64,000 bases of DNA from Eledone cirrhosa (lineage: Eukaryota). Shown here one piece after another: positions 35,222 through 48,902 of this stretch (position 1 is the first letter of the stretch; every line of letters begins with the position of its first letter). Both the position numbers and the translations under genes were made by a program. The notes under the pieces are model-generated. The model did no database searches and had not been told where the DNA came from. It saw only the letters and a list, made by a program, of their open reading frames with translations. The DNA lies in NCBI GenBank assembly GCA_964016885.1, contig OZ024743.1, positions 309,008,001 to 309,072,000 of the forward strand, in the 5' to 3' direction.

Positions 35222-38200
35222 GATAGCTAACAAGCTTGAAACTAGTACATCGTTCCTGTGTCAGTGTTGAACAAAAAGGTGACGTGGTTGCCTTAACACC
35301 GTATGGCATAAATTCAGGCTGTTCAGTTTGTTTACAAACGAACAAAGCGACGTTAGCGCCGCTAAACTGATACGTGCATATATGTATGTGTACCTGTATG
35401 CATATGTATGTATATATGTATATATATATATATATGTGCATGCTACTGTACGTCTGTATACATATATGTATGTACGTATACATGCATACTTACATTTAAG
35501 TAAGTGCCATACTAAGAGTGAGAAATGAAATTTCGTTTTCATTTTGTTTCAATTTATCGTTTTCGGTATGCCTGACCGATTTAACTCACTCAATATGCAA
35601 ATTAGGCTGCTCAGCCGTTAATTTTCATAAGGAAAGTATATACTTTCGAACGTTCAACTATCTGGCAGATGGGTAAACGGTGCTGATGATAGCTAACAAG
35701 CTTGAAACTAGTACATCGTTCCTGTGTCAGTGTTGAACAAAAAGGTGACGTGGTTGCCTTAACACCGTATGGCATAAATTCAGGCTGTTCAGTTTGTTTA
35801 CAAACGAACAAAGCGACGTTAGCGCCGCTAAACTGATACGTGCATATATGTATGTGTACCTGTATGCATATGTATGTATATATGTATATATATATATATA
35901 TGTGCATGCTACTGTACGTCTGTATACATATATGTATGTACGTATACATGCATACTTACATTTAAGTAAGTGCCATACTAAGAGTGAGAAATGAAATTTC
36001 GTTTTCATTTTGTTTCAATTTATCGTTTTCGGTATGCCTGACCGATTTAACTCACTCAATATGCAAATTAGGCTGCTCAGCCGTTAATTTTCATAAGGAA
36101 AGTATATACTTTCGAACGTTCAACTATCTGGCAGATGGGTAAACGGTGCTGATGATAGCTAACAAGCTTGAAACTAGTACATCGTTCCTGTGTCAGTGTT
36201 GAACAAAAAGGTGACGTGGTTGCCTTAACACCGTATGGCATAAATTCAGGCTGTTCAGTTTGTTTACAAACGAACAAAGCGACGTTAGCGCCGCTAAACT
36301 GATACGTGCATATATGTATGTGTACCTGTATGCATATGTATGTATATATGTATATATATATATATATGTGCATGCTACTGTACGTCTGTATACATATATG
36401 TATGTACGTATACATGCATACTTACATTTAAGTAAGTGCCATACTAAGAGTGAGAAATGAAATTTCGTTTTCATTTTGTTTCAATTTATCGTTTTCGGTA
36501 TGCCTGACCGATTTAACTCACTCAATATGCAAATTAGGCTGCTCAGCCGTTAATTTTCATAAGGAAAGTATATACTTTCGAACGTTCAACTATCTGGCAG
36601 ATGGGTAAACGGTGCTGATGATAGCTAACAAGCTTGAAACTAGTACATCGTTCCTGTGTCAGTGTTGAACAAAAAGGTGACGTGGTTGCCTTAACACCGT
36701 ATGGCATAAATTCAGGCTGTTCAGTTTGTTTACAAACGAACAAAGCGACGTTAGCGCCGCTAAACTGATACGTGCATATATGTATGTGTACCTGTATGCA
36801 TATGTATGTATATATGTATATATATATATATATGTGCATGCTACTGTACGTCTGTATACATATATGTATGTACGTATACATGCATACTTACATTTAAGTA
36901 AGTGCCATACTAAGAGTGAGAAATGAAATTTCGTTTTCATTTTGTTTCAATTTATCGTTTTCGGTATGCCTGACCGATTTAACTCACTCAATATGCAAAT
37001 TAGGCTGCTCAGCCGTTAATTTTCATAAGGAAAGTATATACTTTCGAACGTTCAACTATCTGGCAGATGGGTAAACGGTGCTGATGATAGCTAACAAGCT
37101 TGAAACTAGTACATCGTTCCTGTGTCAGTGTTGAACAAAAAGGTGACGTGGTTGCCTTAACACCGTATGGCATAAATTCAGGCTGTTCAGTTTGTTTACA
37201 AACGAACAAAGCGACGTTAGCGCCGCTAAACTGATACGTGCATATATGTATGTGTACCTGTATGCATATGTATGTATATATGTATATATATATATATATG
37301 TGCATGCTACTGTACGTCTGTATACATATATGTATGTACGTATACATGCATACTTACATTTAAGTAAGTGCCATACTAAGAGTGAGAAATGAAATTTCGT
37401 TTTCATTTTGTTTCAATTTATCGTTTTCGGTATGCCTGACCGATTTAACTCACTCAATATGCAAATTAGGCTGCTCAGCCGTTAATTTTCATAAGGAAAG
37501 TATATACTTTCGAACGTTCAACTATCTGGCAGATGGGTAAACGGTGCTGATGATAGCTAACAAGCTTGAAACTAGTACATCGTTCCTGTGTCAGTGTTGA
37601 ACAAAAAGGTGACGTGGTTGCCTTAACACCGTATGGCATAAATTCAGGCTGTTCAGTTTGTTTACAAACGAACAAAGCGACGTTAGCGCCGCTAAACTGA
37701 TACGTGCATATATGTATGTGTACCTGTATGCATATGTATGTATATATGTATATATATATATATATGTGCATGCTACTGTACGTCTGTATACATATATGTA
37801 TGTACGTATACATGCATACTTACATTTAAGTAAGTGCCATACTAAGAGTGAGAAATGAAATTTCGTTTTCATTTTGTTTCAATTTATCGTTTTCGGTATG
37901 CCTGACCGATTTAACTCACTCAATATGCAAATTAGGCTGCTCAGCCGTTAATTTTCATAAGGAAAGTATATACTTTCGAACGTTCAACTATCTGGCAGAT
38001 GGGTAAACGGTGCTGATGATAGCTAACAAGCTTGAAACTAGTACATCGTTCCTGTGTCAGTGTTGAACAAAAAGGTGACGTGGTTGCCTTAACACCGTAT
38101 GGCATAAATTCAGGCTGTTCAGTTTGTTTACAAACGAACAAAGCGACGTTAGCGCCGCTAAACTGATACGTGCATATATGTATGTGTACCTGTATGCATA

Positions 38201-38347
38201 TGTATGTATATATGTATATATATATATATATGTGCATGCTACTGTACGTCTGTATACATATATGTATGTACGTATACATGCATACTTACATTTAAGTAAG
38301 TGCCATACTAAGAGTGAGAAATGAAATTTCGTTTTCATTTTGTTTCA

Positions 38348-38352
<5 letters not shown>
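35222..38352 (+). repeat. 466-bp tandem array (~6.7 units), hammerhead-containing, retrozyme-like
   Basis: Identical ORF-track translations recur at exact 466-bp spacing (35611, 36077, 36543, 37009, 37475, 37941); bounded by (TA)n. Confidence 0.97.
35676..35720 (+). ncRNA. Type I hammerhead ribozyme of the array unit (also 36142-36186, 36608-36652, 37074-37118, 37540-37584, 38006-38050)
   Basis: AACGGTG-CTGATGA-T-AGCT(aaca)AGCT-T-GAAAC-TA-GTA^CATCGTT; predicted cleavage after 35713; palindromic stem III ACTAGT. Confidence 0.85.
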
Positions 38353-38382
<30 letters not shown>

Positions 38383-38573
38383 GTATAGGATTACCCAAGA
38401 TGTAGTAATGGTTATTTACTACACTGGATATGGTTGACGTACGGTGAGAGGTTACTCTTCGAGTTATCGAAAAATTGTTGAAGAAACTTAGTTCTGATCC
38501 TTCTGTATTCCGGAGTGTATATAAAGTATGAATAATAACAGGTAGACATCATAAAAAGGTAATTTATTCCGTG

Positions 38574-38685
38574 TGCTTACAAATGTTTCCACGGTGGTAC
38601 TACAGCCTAGTTATGCTATGTGCAAATTTGCAAGTATTTGCAGAACTCAAATATCCAGTGCTGTGACCACTGTATCCTCAGAGCA
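38574..38685 (-). ncRNA. Hammerhead ribozyme with long stem II insertion
   Basis: Reverse strand: TGCT-CTGAGGA-[~85-nt stem II]-GAAAC-ATTT-GTA-AGCA. Confidence 0.7.
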
Positions 38686-39159
38686 GAATGGTAAAATGTA
38701 CAATGTAAATACCCTTAAGTGGGTTATTGGGGAAGATAGAGTAGAAAAGGAAGAGAGAAAAGTAGGGGAGAGGGAGAGAGAGAGAAAGGTATGCAGGGGT
38801 TGGAGAAGTAGGAGAGAGTGGTTTGTAGATATCTTAATCAAAATGTTATGGTAGGGGTTTTATTATACTGGTTACTTTTGGAGAGATGCGTTGATAGTTA
38901 AGGTCGGAATTATTTATTGCCCCAGAGGGCAGGTTCATAGATGTGGAGAGGGAGGTAGGCCAAAGGCGAGAGAGAGTGTAATGGATGTAGAGAGGGGACA
39001 GACGAAGTTTATGTGGTGAGTGAACTTTGGATTTGTAGTAGTAATCTGTGAATTGCACTGAGTTACCATTTATAGCGATAAGCAGTGTATTGTCTTGTAG
39101 TGTGGGGGAAGAGAAGGTGGTTAGCTAGAAAGCGATGTTATAGTTACGGCTTCGAATGT

Positions 39160-41476
39160 TAAGTTATTTTATAGTGAGAGAATTTAGCTTTTAGTTTGTG
39201 GTTGCAGTATAATGATCGTTCAATTCTATCGTTAAGTAGTTTGTTTTTTGATTTTAATATGTAAAAGAGTTCGAGGTTGCATAACCTGCAGTACTTCAAT
39301 CCACTCCGATATGCCGCTTGCGTTGGAAAGTATATCCTATTTTAAGGTGAACTGTTGGTTGCGTTCACGGAGTTACCGGGTCTTGTTGGCGAGCGTGGTC
39401 ACAAAACGGTGATTAGGATGTTTGATTGAGAATCGATGACGGTACCAGCGAGATTTAAACCAGGTGGTGGTAGATCCGATATAATACCATTTCTGGTCGT
39501 TCGATTCAACCGTGCATTGGTAAACAATGTTGGACTTTAGGCATTCATTCTTCAATGGACATCTTTCAGGTAGATGGCAGTTACATTCTTTGTTGTGGGT
39601 AGCGGGTATACCATGGATAGGTTGTGATAGCGGTACACGTGGATTGTGTAATATCCGTCTCCCATTTAGTGGTTGTGAGGCAGATATTACGTTCTGTCCA
39701 TCTGTTACTAAAATGTTTTGTTTTGTAGAGTTGTTTAATTGCCTTAAGTTAAGTTTTTTTATGTATGCTTCAAGGTTTGGTGCCGTGGTGTATGATAGTC
39801 TAATAGTTTTAGAGTTCAGAATTTTGCTGTATTTATGGGAACTAGGGAAATGTTTGTTGATTAACTTAAAGAATGAAAGAGATAGTTTTGTACTGATCGA
39901 GGCATTAAAAATAGGATTGTACCAGATATACTTTCTACAACGTGATTTATTTGGTGGAGATTTTCTATTATTAGTATGTCTGGTAGTACTGTGTGTGTGC
40001 GCTTGTATTTTAGTCCCCCGGTTACGTATTCCTTGATTTCGTGTAGGGCTATGTGTGTTATGGAGATTCCTATCAATGTATTCTATTGTATCCCGGTGGT
40101 CGCCCTTCCTTAATGCATTATTGTAGTATTCAGCGTGTTCACTAAAAATATCAGAGTTAGACGATAGGCGAGAGATTCTAAGAGAAATACTCCGGGGAAC
40201 TGATTTGATCATGGAGAGTGGGTGGATTGAGTTAAAGTTAATATACGTAAGGTTCTCATTCATCTTGTGGAAGGGTCGTATCTGTCCGGTATTTAAATTA
40301 AGAGTTACGTCTAGAAAGTTTACTACTTTAAGATTGTATTCGTATGTTATTTTTAGACCCAGTTCACTAAAAGATTTTCTAATATTTTTCCGTAGCCTTT
40401 CAAGATTTTGGTTATTCAAGTTATTAACTAATAAGAGCCCGTCATGTCTATATATCCCCCCCTGTAGATTACTAAATCTACTATGTAATATGTGGGCCAT
40501 GTAAATTCCCACGATATCCGTGACCTCCGCTGAGTCGTTGGAACCCACGGTAATATCGAAATTTGTGGGTCTGTCCTTACATTCCCAGTAGCAGTTATCA
40601 AACTTAATAATGGTTTTTCTAGCCTCGAGAATAATATTAATTTCGTCCTCCGTTAGGTCGGAATTGACCTTAGCAAACGATAGGGCCTTACGTAAAGTGC
40701 TAGGTGAGATGGAAGAGTAGTATTCGTCTATGTCAAATTGTATAAACTTAGATTTATTCTTATTCTTAACGTTATTAAACCAGCGAATTGCTTCGCTATT
40801 GTTGCCCCATAATTTAATTTCAATTTTCTTTTTCACTTGAGTTATTACTCTGTCAAGTATATGTTTGCTAATTTTTCCAATGTCTGATTTAGAAGGGCAT
40901 ATAAGTCTAATCTTAGGGTTAGAGTCAAAATTTACCTTATGGTCCTTCAGGTTGAAGGTGGGGGTAGCGGGTATAATCGGCTCGGTTCTATCGTCTATCT
41001 TGAGATTCTTCACCACTTTATATGCCTCGTTGTTAATATTTGCTAGCGTAGTTTCATTTGTTTTTCTATATTTTTTGTGTAGTTCGTTGCGTATGAAGTT
41101 ATTGTACGTATCGATATCCATGGTATACACGTTAGATGTCTTGTCAGCTTTCACAACAATTTTGCAATCTTCGGAGTAGTGCTTTCATGTTGCTCTGCAG
41201 CTCATTATTTCTATGCTTGTTGAACTTAATGTTCATGGTCGTTTTCATTAAATCTTGTTCGAAAGCATCGAGATGAGGGTTTGTGGGTGGGTTTTTACAT
41301 GATTTAAAACCATATGATTCAGACGAGTGACTGGCGCGTCCTTTATCGAAATGGAAAGCTTTCCATCGTACACGCCGAATGAAGTCGTTATTGCGTTGAA
41401 TCATACTAAGAATATATTCCCTTTTGTTAGGTATAGGTATGTTTTTAAGTGACATACCTATATGATGCCTTTCCAT
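39160..41476 (-). pseudogene. PLE 2 RT/GIY-YIG polyprotein, disrupted
   Basis: KNIPIP, RWKA, KADKT, QFDIDEYY, FDITVGSND, YRHD (mutated YRDD), NFLDVTL, CNC..CPL, IVY..YIG; frameshift near 41170 and stops near 39373 and 39338. Confidence 0.9.
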
Positions 41477-41482
41477 ATTAAT

Positions 41483-43520
41483 ATTTCGACATTACCATGG
41501 GTTCCAACGACTCAGCGGAGGTCACGGATATCGTGGGAATTTACATAGCCCACACATTACATAGTAAATTTAGTAATCTACAGGGGGGATATACAGAGAT
41601 GACGGGCTCTTATTAGTTAATAACTTGAATAACCAAAATCTTGAAAGGCTACGGAAAAATATTAGAAAATCTTTTAGTGAACTGGGTCTAAAAAGAACAT
41701 ACGAATACAATCTTAAAGTAGTAAACTTTCTAGACGTAACTCTTAATTTAAATATCGGACAGATACGACCCTTCCACAAGATGAATGAGAACCTTACGTA
41801 TATTAACTTTAACTCAAATCACCCACTCTCCATGATCAAATCAGTTCCCCGGAGTATTTCTCTTAGAATCTCTCGCCTATCGTCTAACTCTGATATTTTT
41901 AGTGAACACGCTGAATACTACAATAATGCATTAAGGAAGGGCGACCACCGGGATACAATAGAATACATTGATAGGAATCTCCATAACACACATAGCCCTA
42001 CACGAAATCAAGGAATACGTAACCGGGGGACTAAAATACAAGCGCACACACACAGTACTACCAGACATACTAATAATAGAAAATCTCCACCAAATAAATC
42101 ACGTTGTAGAAAGTATATCTGGTACAATCTTATTTTTAATGCCTCGATCAGTACAAAACTATCTCTTTCATTTTTTAAGTTAATCAACAAACATTTCCCT
42201 AGTTCCCATAAATACAGCAAAATTCTGAACTCTAAAACTATTAGACTATCATACACCACGGCACCAAACCTTGAAGCATACATAAAAAAACTTAACTTAA
42301 GGCAATTAAACAACTCTACAAAACAAAACATTTTAGTAACAGATGGACAGAACGTAATATCTGCCTCCCAACCACTAAATGGGAGACGGGTATTACACAA
42401 TCCACGTGTACCGCTATCACAACCTATCCATGGTATACCCGCTACCCACAACAAAGAATGTAACTGCCATCTACCTGAAAGATGTCCATTGAAGAATGAA
42501 TGCCTAAAGTCCAACATTGTTTACCAATGCACGGTTGAATCGAACGACCAGAAATGGTATTATATCGGATCTACCACCACCTGGTTTAAATCTCGCTGGT
42601 ACCGTCATCGATTCTCAATCAAACATCCTAATCACCGTTTTGTGACCACGCTCGCCAACAAGACCTGGTAACTCCGTGAACGCAACCAACAGTTCACCTT
42701 AAAATAGGATATACTTTCCAACGCAAGCGGCATATCGGAGTGGATTGAAGTACTGCAGGTTATGCAACCTCGAACTCTTTTACATATTAAAATCAAAAAA
42801 CAAACTACTTAACGATAGAATTGAACGATCATTATACTGCAACCACAAACTAAAAGCTAAATTCTCTCACTATAAAATAACTTAACATTCGAAGCCGTAA
42901 CTATAACATCGCTTTCTAGCTAACCACCTTCTCTTCCCCCACACTACAAGACAATACACTGCTTATCGCTATAAATGGTAACTCAGTGCAATTCACAGAT
43001 TACTACTACAAATCCAAAGTTCACTCACCACATAAACTTCGTCTGTCCCCTCTCTACATCCATTACACTCTCTCTCGCCTTTGGCCTACCTCCCTCTCCA
43101 CATCTATGAACCTGCCCTCTGGGGCAATAAATAATTCCGACCTTAACTATCAACGCATCTCTCCAAAAGTAACCAGTATAATAAAACCCCTACCATAACA
43201 TTTTGATTAAGATATCTACAAACCACTCTCTCCTACTTCTCCAACCCCTGCATACCTTTCTCTCTCTCTCCCTCTCCCCTACTTTTCTCTCTTCCTTTTC
43301 TACTCTATCTTCCCCAATAACCCACTTAAGGGTATTTACATTGTACATTTTACCATTCTGCTCTGAGGATACAGTGGTCACAGCATTGGATATTTGAGTT
43401 CTGCAAATACTTGCAAATTTGCACATAGCATAACTAGGCTGTAGTACCACCGTGGAAACATTTGTAAGCACACGGAATAAATTACCTTTCTATGATGTCT
43501 ACCTGTTATTATTCATTCTT

Positions 43521-43522
<2 letters not shown>
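41483..43522 (+). mobile_element. Inverted 5'-truncated copy of PLE 2 (mirror of ~38521-40563)
   Basis: ORF 41625-42671 matches the C-terminal part of 39373-41154; ends in (TA)n. Confidence 0.95.
43359..43470 (+). ncRNA. Hammerhead ribozyme with long stem II (inverted arm of PLE 2)
   Basis: TGCT-CTGAGGA-TACAGTGGTCACAGC...GCTGTAGTACCACCGTG-GAAAC-ATTT-GTA-AGCA. Confidence 0.72.
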
Positions 43523-43759
<237 letters not shown>

Positions 43760-43917
43760 AACTTTGAATAACTTTGAAATGTTTTGGCCAGTATTGGCCC
43801 AGGCCATGTCTAACTTAATAGCACCACCTGGCGAAGTCTTTCAATTCAGGATTTGGGCACCATGGCCCATTCGAGAAGAGAATTACTGTTTGCGGAGACA
43901 TATATAGGGAGAGAGAG

Positions 43918-43973
<56 letters not shown>

Positions 43974-44272
43974 AGAGAGAGATGCTTTGTACGGCTTTTG
44001 GATGAAGGAGTGACCAGCAGTACGTTGTTGGGTATTATTACGAAAAGGTGCAGCAGAGAAACCCGCGTGAACTAACAGCTCGGGAGTAAACTGCTTATCT
44101 TGAACATTCATTCGCTATCGTTCTTGTCAACGCTTCGTATTTTGGTATTTGTTGGTCTACAGTTAGATGAATTGCGCACAAAGGGTTAATGTTTATTGGC
44201 AAGAAGTTTTTTGAATAATAAAAGACGTTTTAAAGCAACCTACAATGTATCTGTATATATATATATACACAG

Positions 44273-44315
<43 letters not shown>

Positions 44316-44908
44316 TTAGAAACACACAGATACATGCGGACACACACATATACATGAATGCATCCACACCCAACCGTGAGTTAAGGGTGCCAACCTCACC
44401 GATGTTGCCCAATGAATGACTGGGGCAGACCATCCGGTTGAACCAGACTGAACCAGTATCAGAGTTAAAAATACATTATGAAGAGAGAAGAAACATTTAG
44501 ATATAATTAGTAATAAAATGTATCATACCTAAACTGCTCCTAGATTCCTCGACTACGTAGTTTCGTGGCATAAACAAAAACAATACATCATAAAGATATA
44601 GAGTCCCTGCGAGGTCTGCCGACTTATCAAGAGGATACCTCATTTTACTAGCTTCAAGAACGCGTCTACACGACGTGAGAAAGAATCCCAAAAGGCGGAG
44701 GGGGAGATAGTCACGCTATATAACGGTCGAGAAACAGAGCTAAGCCTCTTATAACCCCGAAGAAAATACCACGGAGGCGGAGGGGGTATTTATATCGAAG
44801 CCGTAGATATAATGTGTGTGTGTGTGTATGTAAGCATATATGTGTGTGTGTATGTATGCATATATGTGTGTGTGTGTATGTATGTATGTATGTATGTATG
44901 TATGTATG

Positions 44909-44960
<52 letters not shown>

Positions 44961-45154
44961 CATATATTTTTATGTGTATATGTGTATATCTATATATGTG
45001 TATATGTTTGTATATATATATATATATATATATGTATTTCTATATGTGTGTATATGTATATATGTGCATATATATATGTATATATAAGTATATATGTATA
45101 TATATGTGTGTGTGTGTGCTTGTGTGTGTGTATGAATGTAGCGAAGATAATATG

Positions 45155-45405
45155 TCAGAATGTCGTTATGCAGACAGGCAGACATACATACAAATATTAT
45201 AAGGGCTCGACGGCGATCGATAACCGGCGCCTAACAGCCCTTTAACAACTGAAAATTGAAAAGTAAAAGCAGCAGTTAATATCTTTAGACCGCAGGGAAT
45301 ATATAAATGCAAGTTTGAAGTCAATCGGAGTAGAAATGTGGATTTGTATAGACTTTGCAAAAATGAGGACACACACACAGACAACATCAGTTTTATGTAT
45401 ATAGA
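45155..45405 (-). mobile_element. Helitron 5' segment
   Basis: Reverse strand TCTATATACATAAAACTGATGTTGTCTGTGTG; homologous to 34240-34509. Confidence 0.65.
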
Positions 45406-45500
45406 GGTTTACTTTGCCTTTCATCCTTACGGGTCGATAAAATAAAGTACCAGTAATGCACTGGTGAATTGCTGGCCTTGTGCCTAAAGTAGAAACAATT
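45405..45500 (+). mobile_element. SINE family A, 3' half
   Basis: CTTTGCCTTTCATCCTTACGGGTCGATAAAATAAAGTACCAG..TGGCCTTGTGCC..AGAAAC. Confidence 0.75.
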
Positions 45501-45600
45501 ATATCATATAATATACGTAGTATAATATAATATAGTATAGCATAATATACTATAACATATTCTAATACACACACAAACACACACACACACACACACACAC

Positions 45601-45652
<52 letters not shown>

Positions 45653-45703
45653 TATTAATTTGTGAAGGAACAGGGGCCTTGTTGTTGCTGGATAAAGTGT
45701 ATT

Positions 45704-46343
<640 letters not shown>

Positions 46344-46351
46344 AAATTCAG

Positions 46352-46432
46352 GACCCCGACGGCTGAGCTCCGACCGTTTAGACATCGTTCAGATCTAGCT
46401 GTCGAAACGGCCGGAGCTCAGCCGCTTGGGTC
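46352..46432. repeat. GC-rich ~80-bp imperfect hairpin next to (TA)n
   Basis: GACCCCGACGGCTGAGCTCCGACCGTTTAGACA / TGTCGAAACGGCCGGAGCTCAGCCGCTTGGGTC. Confidence 0.7.
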
Positions 46433-47130
46433 GTGAATCTTTTCATATTACCCACTCTACTACCCCAAGTATCGATTACTCTGGTGCGTTATAGATAGCC
46501 CACCTGGTATTTTACCACACCTTCTTTGTGATTATATATATATATATATATAAATACATAATCGGAGAAAGCTAATAGCGATACTCCGGCCAAATTCCAA
46601 CTCACTTAACAAACATTAAGAAATATCTGAGTATATTCCTAATTAAACGTTTGGGGTGCTAACTGTATTGTATTGTGTGGAAAATTGGCTGTATCATTTC
46701 ATATGAGATATATCAAATATATCACTTCCCAGACGACTCGTTTCATTATAAGATTTCTACAAGTTGGCTGAAATTATACCAAATTATGTAGAAGCTTGTA
46801 TAATTCAACAGATACTTATTCAAGTGGGCTCTTATAATTCTTCAGTGGGTGCCCAATAATATTAATATTGATAACCAAATCAACATCAATATTTAGCGAT
46901 AATCACCATCAGTGCTTGAGGGAGCTGCTAGGTTGTTAGTCCAGCAGTTCTAAAGAAAATCTCACACTGTCTCGAAAATAGGAGGAAGGAGACTACCGCC
47001 AAAAACAATACATGCGCAGGTCGTTGAATTCTGATAAGAATTCATATATATATATGTATATATATATATTACATTATACTGTAATATATTATATTATATT
47101 ATATTATATTATATTATATTATATTATATC

Positions 47131-47320
47131 ATGGTGGATTGGCAGTATCGTAGAGGGTCGGACGCCATTTTTTGCAGCAAAGAGTTACGGCCCTTTATGG
47201 TCTGAGTTCAAACCCCACCGAGGTTAACTTTGTCTTTCATCCCTACGGGGTCGATAAAATAAAGTACCAGTAATACACAGGGATAATTTCTGGCCTTGTG
47301 CCAAAATTAGAAACAATTAT
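47131..47320 (+). mobile_element. tRNA-derived SINE, family A
   Basis: TGGCAGTATCG A-box-like, GAGTTCAAACC B box, shared core and tail. Confidence 0.8.
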
Positions 47321-47888
47321 ATTGGAAACACGACTGGGCTTCTATCAGATTATTTAAAAAGATCTTTCGTATTTCCTCGTGAGTTCTTTATTCTTATTAG
47401 CATCCTTAAATCAATGGCTGTATTGACGGTTCGGAGCCTTCACAGCCCCACCTTGAGAATCAGAATGTTCATACACGTGATTGTTCTATTAGTAGAGCCT
47501 TAAAGTAAACAATTATGGAGTTTCTGCTAAAACCAGTATATAAACCAAATATTAAAACACATAAAACATAGGCGAAACCATATATAGTTACTGCCATACT
47601 TCAACAGTCCTCAAATTCTAAATCTGGTAACCATGATTTCCTACCCCTCCTATGATACTTTATGACATACTACTAAGGACACGTCAATACGCCAATCGTA
47701 TAACCAATCAGCAAGAGACGCAGGGGTTGACTCCGAGGATAATTGTTGGATAACATCCATGAACTTGGCTGGTCATGATTGGGGACCCAGTGGGGATCAG
47801 TTGGAGACAGTTACTTCTGACAGGACCCACTAGAAGGAGTGTTTGAGGACTCTAACCCCCATGACCATCTCAGGAATGAGTGAGCGAA

Positions 47889-47938
<50 letters not shown>

Positions 47939-47958
47939 ATAATAATAATAATAATAAT

Positions 47959-48545
47959 ACGCACGTGGTGGATAGAGTGTTATGGAATCGCTCCCGTAAG
48001 TTTTTGATTTTTTACATACTTAAAACAATTGTGATAGAATAATTCTTATTACAAATGGGACATAAGGCACCAGTCTTTAACTCTCAGGAAGTAAGAACCC
48101 ATAACACCCTGGCATATGGCTCAAATATTTAATTTTGTATCAGAAATTTTATATTAAAAAAAGAGAATGGTTACAAATGGTCACAAATGGAAGAAAACAC
48201 CAGCCAAATAATTTCACCACCAACACCACCGCCGCCACAACCACCACTACCACAAAATTTAGCTAGAGACAAACCAACAGCGGCAACAACACCACCACTA
48301 CAGTATCGCTGCCCCATCACCACCGTCACCACTCCATCATCGCTACCACCACTATTCCCTCACTACCTTCTGTTAAGGGAGGGAAGGTAGTAGTGCCCCT
48401 AGACATGACTAGAAAGGAGATAGCCACCAAAATATATAAATAGACTGATTTAGTGACCCGGTCAAAAGAAAATTTTGAACATCCCAACATGAACAGTGGC
48501 ACCACCAACATAGCCAACAACAACACCATAATAATAATAATTATT
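47959..48545 (+). repeat. Repeat starting ACGCACGTGGTGGATAGAG, homologous to 55942-56810
   Basis: The first ~200 bp align closely with 55942 onward; later blocks are also shared; bounded by (TAA)n. Confidence 0.75.
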
Positions 48546-48867
48546 GTCGTTGTATCTCTAAACTCTCTCAAAATGTTTAGTTTAAACGATGTCAACTTGC
48601 ATAAAAACAAGTCGAAAAATTACAGAACAGAACGCAGACAAAAACAAACGCAACATCAAAAGAAAAACAAATTTCAAAAGTTTTGAATGCAACATCCCCT
48701 ACCTCCCTCGTTGCTATGACTACGAGCTTAGCGTAGCTAAAATCAAAAAACAGCAGCAGCAACAACACTAGTAACCGATGTTACGGACCTTGAAAAACAA
48801 AAGGAGAAAAAAACTAAGTCAGACATTCAAACATTACAATGTAACTTAGTTTTATTTTTTTATGTTT

Positions 48868-48898
<31 letters not shown>

Positions 48899-48902
48899 TT
48901 TT

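Larger units (their letters stand above)
38379..41482 (-). mobile_element. Penelope-like element 2 (Naiad-type, distinct family)
   Basis: RT + GIY-YIG ORFs 41144-41476 and 39373-41154, decayed C-terminus to ~39160, 3' UTR with hammerhead; 3' end abuts (TA)n. Confidence 0.92.

Noticed and set aside
35611-38338. Repeated 112-, 93- and 66-aa ORFs in the 466-bp array
   Set aside because: They run through TA/CA microsatellite and have no recognisable domain; the repetition only reflects the array.
35222-38352. CRISPR-like array, or a second opposite-strand ribozyme (viroid-like ambisense)
   Set aside because: No unique spacers, since units are identical; I found no CUGANGA..GAAA core on the minus strand by eye.
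44545-44597. Minus-strand hammerhead-like GAAAC-TACGTA-GTC
   Set aside because: The 5' core reads ATGATGT and stems I/II are poor; at most a decayed relic.
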